From positions 90,001-122,000 of the forward strand of contig NZ_JBHSTI010000002.1 of assembly GCF_042660085.1 (NCBI RefSeq): a stretch of DNA of 32,000 nucleotides, read 5' to 3'. The notes beneath the pieces are model-generated. The model ran no database searches. It worked only from the letters and a program-made list of their open reading frames with translations, and was not told where the DNA came from. Source of the stretch: Longivirga aurantiaca. Its GTDB lineage: Bacteria > Actinomycetota > Actinomycetes > S36-B12 > CAIYMF01. Position 1 is the stretch's first letter. The number at the start of each line of letters is the position of its first letter. A program made the translations under genes and the position numbers. Of the stretch, positions 1 through 8,429 are shown in pieces.

Positions 1-36
1 CACGAGTACAGGGTCGGCTGACCCCCACAGGCTCGC

Positions 37-90
37 GCGACCGATCGCATCGGTCGCACGGAGATCGGCACGCGGGACCTGTCCCGCGTG
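37..90 (+). terminator. Two consecutive GC-rich hairpins upstream of the ABC binding-protein gene; possible terminator of an upstream gene ending at nt 21, or an operator
   Basis: GCGACCGAT-cgc-ATCGGTCGC (37-57, perfect 9-bp stem). CACGCGGGAC-ct-GTCCCGCGTG (69-90, perfect 10-bp arms). No U-tract follows. Confidence 0.3.
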
Positions 91-143
91 GGTAGACGGC
101 TCGGCGGCTCTGCCGGGACGACCAGGGAGAGGGAGGTACGCAG

Positions 144-1340
144 GTGAAGAAGAGCCTGCTCAAGGTCGCAGCCATCGGCTCGGCCGTCGTCCTGCTCGCC
201 GCATGCGGCAGCAGCGACAGTGGTTCCGGGGACGGCTCCGCCGCTCCCGGTGGCAGCGCTTACGCCGGTCCGGTCGGCGCAGGTGAGGGCACGCTGAACG
301 TGCTCGCGTGGCCCGGGTACGCCGAGGACGGCTCGACCGACCCCGCCGTCGACTGGGTCAGCCCGTTCGAGGAGGCGACCGGCTGCCAGGTCAACGTCAA
401 GGTCTTCGCGACCTCGAACGAGGCCTTCACGCTGTTCCAGTCCGGCCAGTACGACGTCGTCTCGGCGTCCGGCGACGCGTCGCTGCGCATGGTCTACGGC
501 AACCTCGTCCAGCCGGTCAACACCGGCCTCGTCCCGAACTACGCCGACATCCTTCCCGAGCTGAAGAACCAGCCGTGGAACACCGTGGGCGAGACGAACT
601 ACGGCGTCCCCCACGGTCGCGGCGCCAACCTGCTGCTGTACCCGACCAAGGATTACCCGACCGCGCCCGACTCGTGGGCCGAGATGTTCGAGGCGGACTC
701 GCCCCTCAAGGGCCAGGTCGCACCGTACGGCGACGCCATCTACATCGCCGACGCGGCCGTCTACCTGATGGCTACGCAGCCCGACCTCGGCATCAAGAAC
801 CCGTACGCGCTCGACCAGACCCAGTTCGACGCCGCCATCGCGCTGCTCGAGCAGCAGAAGCCGCTGGTCGCGTACTACTGGGGCGACCTGGTCAAGCAGG
901 GCCAGGACATCGCCAACGGCACCGTGAAGCAGAGCCAGGGCTGGCAGCTCACGGCGAACTTCACCAACTCGAGCACGCCCGGCGCGGTCGGCTCGGTGAA
1001 GCCGAAGGAGGGCACCACCGGCTGGTCCGACACGTGGATGGTCAAGAAGGACACCAAGAGCATCAACTGCTCGTACCTCTGGCTCGACCACGTGGCCTCG
1101 CCCGAGGTCCAGGCTCAGATCGCCGAGTACTTCGGCGAGGCCCCGGCCAACATCAAGGCCTGCGACCTCACGAAGAACGCGAACCACTGCGAGGAGTTCC
1201 ACGCCAGCGAGTCCGACTACTGGGACGACGTCTGGTACTGGACCACACCGACCGAGGCCTGCCTCGACGGCCGTACGGACGTCAAGTGCGTCACGTACGA
1301 CGAGTGGGTCAAGGCGTGGTCGTCGCTGACGGCCGCCTGA
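144..1340 (+). CDS. ABC transporter substrate-binding lipoprotein, PotD/PotF-like (polyamine-type, family 1 solute-binding protein)
   Basis: GTG start preceded by GGGAGAGGGAGG. N-terminal signal peptide with lipobox LLAAC|GSS. The 398-aa periplasmic-binding-protein-like sequence is followed by PotB/PotC-like permease genes. Confidence 0.85.
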   Translation: MKKSLLKVAAIGSAVVLLAACGSSDSGSGDGSAAPGGSAYAGPVGAGEGTLNVLAWPGYAEDGSTDPAVDWVSPFEEATGCQVNVKVFATSNEAFTLFQSGQYDVVSASGDASLRMVYGNLVQPVNTGLVPNYADILPELKNQPWNTVGETNYGVPHGRGANLLLYPTKDYPTAPDSWAEMFEADSPLKGQVAPYGDAIYIADAAVYLMATQPDLGIKNPYALDQTQFDAAIALLEQQKPLVAYYWGDLVKQGQDIANGTVKQSQGWQLTANFTNSSTPGAVGSVKPKEGTTGWSDTWMVKKDTKSINCSYLWLDHVASPEVQAQIAEYFGEAPANIKACDLTKNANHCEEFHASESDYWDDVWYWTTPTEACLDGRTDVKCVTYDEWVKAWSSLTAA

Positions 1341-1445
1341 CCGGTTCGGTCTGACCGGGTCCGGGTGGCGCCACGGCGCCACCCGGACCAACCCAGGATC
1401 TGACCCACTGCCCGTGTCTCACGGACGACGAAGGAGTACCACCTC

Positions 1446-2339
1446 ATGGCCAGCCAGACGGTGAGCCGGCCCGCGGCCGACGGCGGGCCGGGCCCGCTGC
1501 GCCGCGTGCAGTCCAGGCTGCACCGACGGCCCGGGCTGCGCGTGTCCGCGCTGCTCGCGCTGCCGATGACGTGGATGCTGCTGATCTACCTGATCCCGCT
1601 CGCCCTGATCTTCGTGACGGCGTTCTGGACGACGGACTCGTTCACAGGGCTGCTCCAGCGGTCGTTCTCGCTGGAGAACTTCCAGGACATCTTCACCGAC
1701 CCGAACTACTACCTCATGGTCGTGCGCACGGTCGGGATCGCCGCCGCGGTCACGGTCCTCTGCGTGCTGATCGGCCTGCCCATGGCCTTCTTCATGGCGC
1801 GGGTCGCCTCGCCCCGCTGGCAGCCGGCGCTCGTCGCGCTCGTGCTCACGCCGCTGTGGGCGTCGTACCTGGTGAAGGTCTACGCCTGGCGCACGATCCT
1901 CGCGCCCGAGGGCCCGGCCGAGTCCTGGCTCGGTGCGAGCCCGGGATACGGCCTGCCCGCGGTGGCGCTCACGCTCACCTACCTGTGGCTGCCGTACATG
2001 ATCCTGCCGATCTACGCGGGCCTCGCGAACATGCGCGGCTCCTTCCTGGATGCCGCCAGCGACCTCGGCGCCCGCCCCTGGCTGACGTTCCGCACCATCG
2101 TGCTGCCGATGGTGTGGCCGTCGGTCGTGGCCGGCTCGATCTTCACCTTCTCGCTGAGCCTCGGCGACTACATCACCGTGCAGCTGGTGGGTGGCTCGTC
2201 GCTCATGATCGGCAACGCGATCTACCAGAACTTCTCGGTCAGCCTGCCGTTCGCCGCCGCGCTCGCGACGATCCCCGTGATCGTGATGGTCGGCTACCTG
2301 CTCGCCGTGCGCCGCACCGGCGCGCTGGACAACCTCTAA
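1446..2339 (+). CDS. ABC transporter permease, PotB-like
   Basis: Multi-pass hydrophobic protein of 297 aa. EAA-loop-like motif LDAASDLGARPWLTFRTIVLPM is typical of binding-protein-dependent transport inner-membrane components. Confidence 0.88.
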   Translation: MASQTVSRPAADGGPGPLRRVQSRLHRRPGLRVSALLALPMTWMLLIYLIPLALIFVTAFWTTDSFTGLLQRSFSLENFQDIFTDPNYYLMVVRTVGIAAAVTVLCVLIGLPMAFFMARVASPRWQPALVALVLTPLWASYLVKVYAWRTILAPEGPAESWLGASPGYGLPAVALTLTYLWLPYMILPIYAGLANMRGSFLDAASDLGARPWLTFRTIVLPMVWPSVVAGSIFTFSLSLGDYITVQLVGGSSLMIGNAIYQNFSVSLPFAAALATIPVIVMVGYLLAVRRTGALDNL

Positions 2340-2350
2340 GGCGGCCTGCG

Positions 2351-3154
2351 ATGACTCTCTCGCGACCCGCGAAGTGGCTGCTCGGCGTGGCGATGCTCGT
2401 CGGCCTTGCCTTCGTCTATGTGCCCCTCGGCATCGTCGTCGTCAACTCGTTCAACACCAGCAAGCTCTTCGCCTGGCCGCCGCCCGGGTTCACCACCGAG
2501 TGGTGGACCGCTGCCTTCGCCAACGAGGGCGTGCGCTCGGCGTTCGTGACCTCGGTGATCGTCGCCGCGATCGCGACGATGGTCGGACTCGTGCTCGGCA
2601 CCCTCACCGCGATGGCCGTGTCCCGCTACGACTTCTGGGGCCGGCACACCATCTCGCTGCTCTTCGTACTGCCTATCGCGCTGCCGGGCATCATCACCGG
2701 CATCGCGCTGAACAACGTCTTCACCACCTTCCTCGGCGGTCTGTCCTACGTGTCGTTGGTGATCGGGCACGCGACCTTCTGCGTCGTGGTGGTGCTGAAC
2801 AACTCCGCCGCCCGTCTGCGGCGCGCCCTGGGGAACGTCGAGGAGGCGGCTCTCGACCTGGGAGCCACGCGCCTGCAGGCGTTCCGCGACATCACGTTCC
2901 CGGCGATGCGCTCTGCGCTCCTCGCCGGCGGGTTGCTCGCGTTCGGCCTGTCGTTCGACGAGATCATCGTGACGACGTTCACCGCTGGTCCCGGCCAGCA
3001 GACGTTGCCGCTCTGGATCTTCCAGAACCTCTTCCGCCCCAACAGCGCCCCGATCGTCAACGCGGTCGCGGCGATGCTCGTCCTCATCTCGATCGTGCCG
3101 GTGTACCTCGCCCAGCGGCTGTCCGGCGACGCCACGGGCGGCGGTCGCATCTAG
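2351..3154 (+). CDS. ABC transporter permease, PotC-like
   Basis: ATG at 2351 (MTLSRPAKWLLGVAMLVGLAF...) lies 12 nt after the upstream stop. EAA loop EEAALDLGATRLQAFRDITFPAM. Six predicted TM-like hydrophobic stretches. Confidence 0.88.
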   Translation: MTLSRPAKWLLGVAMLVGLAFVYVPLGIVVVNSFNTSKLFAWPPPGFTTEWWTAAFANEGVRSAFVTSVIVAAIATMVGLVLGTLTAMAVSRYDFWGRHTISLLFVLPIALPGIITGIALNNVFTTFLGGLSYVSLVIGHATFCVVVVLNNSAARLRRALGNVEEAALDLGATRLQAFRDITFPAMRSALLAGGLLAFGLSFDEIIVTTFTAGPGQQTLPLWIFQNLFRPNSAPIVNAVAAMLVLISIVPVYLAQRLSGDATGGGRI

Positions 3155-3183
3155 TCCGCCCGGCTCCAGGGCAGGATGTGCGC

Positions 3184-3915
3184 ATGCCCGACGACGAGTC
3201 CGTGCTCGACCGGCCGTGCGCACCGCTCGATGCCGTCGTCCGCTGGGGCGACGGACCCGACGACGTGGCCGACATCCGGTACGGCGACCCTGCGCGGCCG
3301 CTGGTCGTCCTGATCCACGGCGGGTTCTGGCGCCCGGCGTACGACCGGGTGCACGTGCGTGCCACGACCGAGGGCCTGAACGCGCAGGGGTGGACGGTCG
3401 CGGCACCGGAGTACCGCCGCGTGCCCGGCGACCCCGATGCCACGACGTCCGACGTCGCGTCCGCCCTCGTCGCGCTGCCGAGCCTCCTCGCCGACCACCA
3501 CGACGGGCGCGTCGTCGTCCTCGGGCACTCGGCGGGGGGTCATCTCGCCCTCTGGGCGGCGGCCGCGGCGCCCGCGCCGGGCCTCGTCCTCACCGTCTCG
3601 CTCGGCGGAGTCGGCTCCCTCGTGCTGGCCGAGACGGACGGCCTCGGTTCGGGAGCGGTCGTGGCGTTCCTCGGCGGGCCGGCGGCGTCCCGACCCGATC
3701 TCGACCCGGCGCTGCTCCCGACCCCGTTCTCGCAGGTCAGGCTCGTGCACGGCGTCGAGGACGACATCGTGCCGGTCTCCCAGGCGCGCGCGTACGCCGC
3801 GGCCCACCGCCGGGCGCGCGTGGACGAGGTGCCCGGCTGCGGCCACTTCGGGGTGATCGATCCGATGGCAGATGCCTGGCACGCCGTGGTCGGTGCGGTC
3901 CGGGGTGCCCCGTAG
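3184..3915 (+). CDS. Alpha/beta hydrolase (esterase / arylformamidase-like, fold-3 type)
   Basis: Oxyanion-hole motif HGGFW. Nucleophile elbow GHSAGG. C-terminal VEDDIVP and GCGHFGV supply the Asp and His of a catalytic triad. Confidence 0.8.
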   Translation: MPDDESVLDRPCAPLDAVVRWGDGPDDVADIRYGDPARPLVVLIHGGFWRPAYDRVHVRATTEGLNAQGWTVAAPEYRRVPGDPDATTSDVASALVALPSLLADHHDGRVVVLGHSAGGHLALWAAAAAPAPGLVLTVSLGGVGSLVLAETDGLGSGAVVAFLGGPAASRPDLDPALLPTPFSQVRLVHGVEDDIVPVSQARAYAAAHRRARVDEVPGCGHFGVIDPMADAWHAVVGAVRGAP

Positions 3916-3924
3916 ACTGCACCC

Positions 3925-5529
3925 GTGCGGCGAGGCGACGGCAAGCTCAGCCACGACCTGCTCCCCGGTGAGAAGGGCCCCCAGGACGCCTGCGGCGTCT
4001 TCGGAGTCTGGGCCCCGGGCGAGGAGGTCGCGAAGCTCACCTATTTCGGGCTCTACGCCCTGCAGCACCGCGGGCAGGAGTCCGCCGGCATCGCGGTCAG
4101 CGACGGCACCCACATCCTCGTCTACAAGGACATGGGCCTCGTCTCGCAGGTGTTCACCGAGGCCAGCCTCGAGAGCCTGCAGGGCCACCTCGCGATCGGC
4201 CATACGCGCTACAGCACCACCGGCGCCTCGGTGTGGGAGAACGCGCAGCCGACGTTCCGTGCCACCGCCACCGGCCACATCGCCCTCGGCCACAACGGGA
4301 ACCTGACCAACACGCACGAGCTCGCGCGTCGCGTGCGCGAGCGCGCCGACGAGAGCGGAGAGCTGTCGCTCGGCACGAGCCTCGGCAGCTCGTCCGACAC
4401 CGACCTGCTCACCTCGCTGCTCGCCTCGCACCCCGACCTCTCGCTCGAGGCGGCGGCGATCGAGGAGCTGCCGCTGCTCAAGGGCGCGTTCTCGCTCGTC
4501 TTCATGGACGACACCACGCTGTACGCCGCCCGCGACCCGCAGGGCGTGCGCCCGCTCACCCTCGGCCGCCTCGAGCGCGGCTGGGTCGTCGCGTCCGAGA
4601 CCGCCGCGCTCGACATCGTGGGCGCCTCGTTCGTCCGCGAGATCGAGCCGGGCGAGCTCATCGCCATCGACGAGCAGGGCCTGCGCTCGAGCAGGTTCGC
4701 CGAGGCCGAGCCCAAGGGCTGCCTCTTCGAGTTCGTCTACCTCGCGCGCCCCGACACCACCATCAGCGGCCGGTCGATCCACGGCGTCCGCGCCGAGGTC
4801 GGCCGTCAGCTCGCCCGCGAGTTCCCCGTCGTCGCCGACCTGGTCATCCCGGTGCCGGAGAGCGGCACCCCGGCGGCCGTCGGCTACGCCCAGGAGTCGG
4901 GCATCCCGTTCGCCCAGGGCCTGGTGAAGAACGCCTACGTCGGGCGCACGTTCATCCAGCCGTCGCAGACCCTGCGCCAGCTCGGCATCCGGCTCAAGCT
5001 CAACCCGCTGCGCGAGATCGTGCAGGGCAAGAAGCTCGTCGTCGTCGACGACTCCATCGTGCGCGGCAACACCCAGCGCGCGATCGTGCGGATGCTGCGC
5101 GAGGCCGGTGCGCTCGAGGTGCACGTGCGCATCTCGAGCCCGCCCGTGAAGTGGCCGTGCTTCTACGGCATCGACTTCGCCACGCGCGCCGAGCTCATCG
5201 CCAACGGCCTCGCGGTCGACGAGATCCGTACGGCGATCGGCGCCGACTCCCTCGGCTACGTCTCACTCGAGGGGCTCGTGCAGACCACCGGCGTCGCCAT
5301 GGACCGCCTCTGCCGTGCCTGCTTCGACGGCGTCTACCCCATCGAGCTGCCCACGCCCGAGATGCTCGGCAAGCACCTGCTCGAGGGCCTCGACCAGCTC
5401 GAGTCCAAGGTGCTCGCGTCCGAGCAGGTCATCGAGGTCGAGGCGCACCCGCAGGTGGCGCTCGACGTCGGGGGCCTGACCACCCTCATCGGTGGCGGCG
5501 GCGCGGCCGACGCCCTCGACCGCCCGTGA
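3925..5529 (+). CDS. purF: Amidophosphoribosyltransferase (glutamine PRPP amidotransferase), [4Fe-4S]-type with N-terminal propeptide
   Basis: Catalytic Cys in ACGVFGV after a 22-aa leader. Class II glutamine amidotransferase (Ntn-type) domain (ALQHRGQESAGI, GHTRYSTTG). PRTase motif KKLVVVDDSIVRGNT. Cys ligands in CLFEFVY, WPCFYGID and CRACFDG. Confidence 0.95.
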   Translation: MRRGDGKLSHDLLPGEKGPQDACGVFGVWAPGEEVAKLTYFGLYALQHRGQESAGIAVSDGTHILVYKDMGLVSQVFTEASLESLQGHLAIGHTRYSTTGASVWENAQPTFRATATGHIALGHNGNLTNTHELARRVRERADESGELSLGTSLGSSSDTDLLTSLLASHPDLSLEAAAIEELPLLKGAFSLVFMDDTTLYAARDPQGVRPLTLGRLERGWVVASETAALDIVGASFVREIEPGELIAIDEQGLRSSRFAEAEPKGCLFEFVYLARPDTTISGRSIHGVRAEVGRQLAREFPVVADLVIPVPESGTPAAVGYAQESGIPFAQGLVKNAYVGRTFIQPSQTLRQLGIRLKLNPLREIVQGKKLVVVDDSIVRGNTQRAIVRMLREAGALEVHVRISSPPVKWPCFYGIDFATRAELIANGLAVDEIRTAIGADSLGYVSLEGLVQTTGVAMDRLCRACFDGVYPIELPTPEMLGKHLLEGLDQLESKVLASEQVIEVEAHPQVALDVGGLTTLIGGGGAADALDRP

Positions 5530-6674
5530 GCGAGCTCGACCCGGTCGTCGCCGGGAACGTCGTCCGCACGTCCGCCGGCGCTCCGGCGACCTACGCCGCT
5601 GCCGGTGTCGACGTCGAGGCGGGCGAGCACGCCGTCGCCCTCATGAAGGCCTCGCTCGCCCGGGCCCAGCGCCCCGAGGTCGTCGGCGAGATGGGCGGGT
5701 TCGCCGGGCTCTTCGACGTCTCGCTCATCAAGAAGTACAACCGTCCGCTGCTCGCGACCTCCACCGACGGCGTGGGCACGAAGGTCGTCGTTGCCCAGCG
5801 CATGAACAAGCACGACACGATCGGCATCGACCTCGTCGCCATGGTCGTCGACGACCTGGTCGTGTGCGGCGCCGAGCCGCTGTTCATGACCGACTACATC
5901 GCGACCGGCAAGGTCGTGCCCGAGCGCATCGCCGCGATCGTGTCGGGCATCGCCGAGGGCTGCCGCCAGGCGGGCTGCGCGCTCGTCGGTGGCGAGACCG
6001 CCGAGCACCCGGGCCTGCTCGCACCCGACGAGTACGACGTCGCAGGCGCCGGCACCGGAGTGGTCGACGCCGACGACCTGCTCGGTCCCGACCGTGTGCG
6101 TGCGGGCGACGTCGCGATCGCCATGCGAGCGAGCGGGCTGCACTCGAACGGCTACTCCCTCGCCCGGCACGTGCTGCTGACCACCGGGGGTCTCGACCTG
6201 CACGCGCACATCGACGTCCTCGGCCGCACCCTCGGCGAGGAGATGCTCGAGCCGACGCGGATCTACTCGCTCGACGTGCTCGACCTCGCGCGGGCGGCCG
6301 ACGTCGACGTCCACTCGGTGTCGCACGTGACGGGCGGCGGGCTCGCAGCCAACCTCGCCCGCGTGCTGCCCGCCGACATCCACGTGAGCATCGACCGCTC
6401 CACCTGGACGCCGCACCCGATCTTCACGCTCGTGGGCGAGATGGGCCGGGTCGCGCTGCCCGAGCTCGAGAAGACGTTCAACATGGGCGTCGGCATGATC
6501 GCGATGGTCGCGCCGTCGTCGGTCGACGCCGCGCTCGCCCGCCTCGCCGCCCGTGGCCTCGACGCCTGGGTTCTCGGCGAGGCGCGGGCGCGTGCCGAGG
6601 GCGAGACCGGCGACGCCGCCGCCAAGGGCGGCAACGGCGGCTCGGTCACCCTGACCGGCACCCACGCCCGCTGA
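5526..6674 (+). CDS. purM: Phosphoribosylformylglycinamidine cyclo-ligase (AIR synthetase)
   Basis: GTG start overlaps the purF stop (GTGA). Motifs YAAAGVDVEAG, LLATSTDGVGTK, DLVAMVVDDLVVCGAEPLFMTDY and GGETAEHPG are typical of PurM. Confidence 0.93.
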   Translation: MSELDPVVAGNVVRTSAGAPATYAAAGVDVEAGEHAVALMKASLARAQRPEVVGEMGGFAGLFDVSLIKKYNRPLLATSTDGVGTKVVVAQRMNKHDTIGIDLVAMVVDDLVVCGAEPLFMTDYIATGKVVPERIAAIVSGIAEGCRQAGCALVGGETAEHPGLLAPDEYDVAGAGTGVVDADDLLGPDRVRAGDVAIAMRASGLHSNGYSLARHVLLTTGGLDLHAHIDVLGRTLGEEMLEPTRIYSLDVLDLARAADVDVHSVSHVTGGGLAANLARVLPADIHVSIDRSTWTPHPIFTLVGEMGRVALPELEKTFNMGVGMIAMVAPSSVDAALARLAARGLDAWVLGEARARAEGETGDAAAKGGNGGSVTLTGTHAR

Positions 6675-6767
6675 CCTTCTCGGCCCTGAGGGTCGATCAC
6701 GGCAGTTGAACTGCGCTCGTTGACCCGCACTCGTGATCCTGGACGCGCTCGACCGCGCCCGGGTACG

Positions 6768-6805
6768 ACGAAGGCGCCCGGCCCCGAGGGGGTGGGCGCC
6801 TTCGT
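6768..6805. terminator. Bidirectional stem-loop between convergent purM and the DUF3073-like gene
   Basis: ACGAAGGCGCCC (6768-6779) is the perfect reverse complement of GGGCGCCTTCGT (6794-6805). 12-bp stem, 14-nt loop. Confidence 0.6.
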
Positions 6806-6825
6806 GCGCAGGTGGGACGTCGCGG

Positions 6826-7044
6826 CTAGCGCGAGTCGTCGTCCTCGTCGTCCTCGATGTACTTCGAGTAGAGGTCGTCGTCGTCCTCGTCGTCGACCTC
6901 GGGCACGTGGGCGGGAGCCGCCGGGAGGTCGTGATGACCGCCCGCAAGCTCTGCCTGGAGCCGGTTGAGGTCGGGGTTGACCGACCCGTACTTCAGCTCG
7001 CGTGCGACCTTGGTCTGCTTGGCCTTGGCCCTGCCACGACCCAT
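6826..7044 (-). CDS. Small conserved actinobacterial protein, DUF3073-like (basic N-terminus, poly-acidic C-terminus)
   Basis: 72 aa: MGRGRAKAKQTKVARELKY...DDEDDDDLYSKYIEDDEDDDSR. I recall this sequence pattern and its position next to purM as the DUF3073 family; not checked against a database. Confidence 0.75.
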   Translation of the reverse strand: MGRGRAKAKQTKVARELKYGSVNPDLNRLQAELAGGHHDLPAAPAHVPEVDDEDDDDLYSKYIEDDEDDDSR

Positions 7045-7231
7045 GGCGTGACCCCCTCTGGGGCTCAGTGCCCCGGATGCGACCGACATGACAGCCCACC
7101 GGGGTGGTGCCGCCAGTGGTTCGACTGCCCAGCATAGTCGCAGCGACGGGCGCGTTCGACCGGGGTTCGCCGGGAGCGCACTCCGGCCGTGTCGCGCCGC
7201 GGGACGCCGGGAGGGTCGGCGTCCCCGCAGG

Positions 7232-8317
7232 TCAGCGGCCCGGGTCCCCGGCGAACGGCGGCCGGGGCGGGGCGGCCGCGATCCGCTCCTCGGCCAGGGC
7301 TTCGGCGGCGACGAGCGGGGTGGTCCCGGACGCCGTCGCACGGCGCAGGACGTCGAGCAGCGTGGCACCGATCTCCCGCGCCCGGGCCCGGGCGGCAGCG
7401 TCGTCGTACGTGCCGCGGCCGGCGTACTCGGCTCCCACGGCGATCACGCCGCCGGCGTTGACGAGGAAGTCGGGGGCGAAGAGCACGCCGCGCTCGGCCA
7501 GGCGGTCGGCGAGGGCTGGCGCTGCCAGCTGGTTGTTGGCACCGCCGCAGACCGCCCGCGCGGTCAGTCTCTCGGCGACCTCCGCGGTGATCATGCCGCC
7601 GAGCGCGCAGGGGGCCAGCACGTCGACGTCCGCCTCGACGAGGTCGTCGGCGCTCGCTGCCACCTCGACCGTGGGGTGCTCGGCGCGCAGCCGTGCCACG
7701 GCGTCGGCGGAGACGTCGGCCACCAGCACGCTGCCGCCCTCGGCCAGCACGTGCCCGGCGAGCCGGCGTCCGACCTTGCCGACGCCGGCGATCGCCACGC
7801 GGCGTCCGGCGAGGGACGGCGTCCCCCACAGGTGCTCGGCCACGGCCTTGAGCCCGTGGTGGACGCCGACCGCGGTGAGATCGCCGCTGTCGCCGGCGCC
7901 GCCGTGCTCCGGCGACCGGCCGGTGGTCCAGGGGTTCACCGTGGCGACGACGTCCATGTCGGCGACGTACGTGCCGACGTCGCACGCGGTCACGTACCGG
8001 CCGCCGAGCGAGGCGACGAGCCGGCCGTACGCCCGCAGGACCTCCGGGGTCTTGTCGTGGGCGGGGTCGCCGACGATCACGCCCTTGCCGCCACCGTGCG
8101 GGAGGCCGGCGAGCGCGTTCTTGTACGTCATCGCACGGGCCAGGGCGAGGGCGTCGTCCATCGCGGCGTCGAGGTCGGCGTACGGCACGAAGCGGGTGCC
8201 GCCGAGGGCCGGGCCGAGGGCGGTCGAGTGGATCGCGACGATCGCGCGCAGGCCCGAGGGGGCGTCGTGGCCGACGACGACCTGCTCGTTCCCGAGCAGC
8301 GCCGGGGGGAGGCTCAT
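7232..8317 (-). CDS. vdh: Glu/Leu/Phe/Val dehydrogenase family protein, valine/leucine dehydrogenase-like
   Basis: 361 aa with STALGPALGGTRF, the catalytic-Lys region GLPHGGGKGVI and GGRYVTACDVGTYVADMDVVA. It closely resembles Streptomyces valine dehydrogenase as I recall it. Confidence 0.85.
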   Translation of the reverse strand: MSLPPALLGNEQVVVGHDAPSGLRAIVAIHSTALGPALGGTRFVPYADLDAAMDDALALARAMTYKNALAGLPHGGGKGVIVGDPAHDKTPEVLRAYGRLVASLGGRYVTACDVGTYVADMDVVATVNPWTTGRSPEHGGAGDSGDLTAVGVHHGLKAVAEHLWGTPSLAGRRVAIAGVGKVGRRLAGHVLAEGGSVLVADVSADAVARLRAEHPTVEVAASADDLVEADVDVLAPCALGGMITAEVAERLTARAVCGGANNQLAAPALADRLAERGVLFAPDFLVNAGGVIAVGAEYAGRGTYDDAAARARAREIGATLLDVLRRATASGTTPLVAAEALAEERIAAAPPRPPFAGDPGR

Positions 8318-8365
8318 GGCCTCAACCTACGACCCGTCCCCGCGCTCCGGCCTCGGAGCAGGACG

Positions 8366-8427
8366 CGAGTTACTGCCCATAGTGGGGTTATGCGGCGGTC
8401 GATTACCCCACTTTGGGCAGTAACTCG
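8366..8427. repeat. 26-bp imperfect inverted repeat (24/26), locally AT-richer. Either an I-shaped terminator of the kinase gene or an operator upstream of vdh
   Basis: CGAGTTACTGCCCATAGTGGGGTTAT (8366-8391) against the reverse complement of ATTACCCCACTTTGGGCAGTAACTCG (8402-8427), with a 10-nt loop. It starts 3 nt after the kinase stop codon and lies 49 nt upstream of the vdh start. Confidence 0.6.
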
Positions 8428-8429
8428 AA

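Noticed and set aside
1-21. Partial CDS ending at nt 21 (HEYRVG-stop)
   Set aside because: Seven codons are too few to support a feature call. It is mentioned only as context for the missing ABC ATPase.
3916-3924. Purine riboswitch or PurR box upstream of purF
   Set aside because: Only 9 nt separate the hydrolase stop from the purF start, which leaves no room for a leader structure. purF is probably co-transcribed or driven from within the upstream gene.
3151-5124. 657-aa ORF antisense to purF. Similar long ORFs are 5334-6947(-), 7088-8485(+), 14904-16421(+), 20288-22300(-), 23670-26393(-), 26543-27913(-), 13679-14953(+) and 1571-3154(+, upstream part).
   Set aside because: These are typical shadow ORFs of a very GC-rich genome. 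Their translations are Arg/Gly/Ala/Pro/Asp-rich and low in complexity, with no recognisable motifs. Each is fully overlapped by a strongly recognisable gene in another frame or on the other strand.
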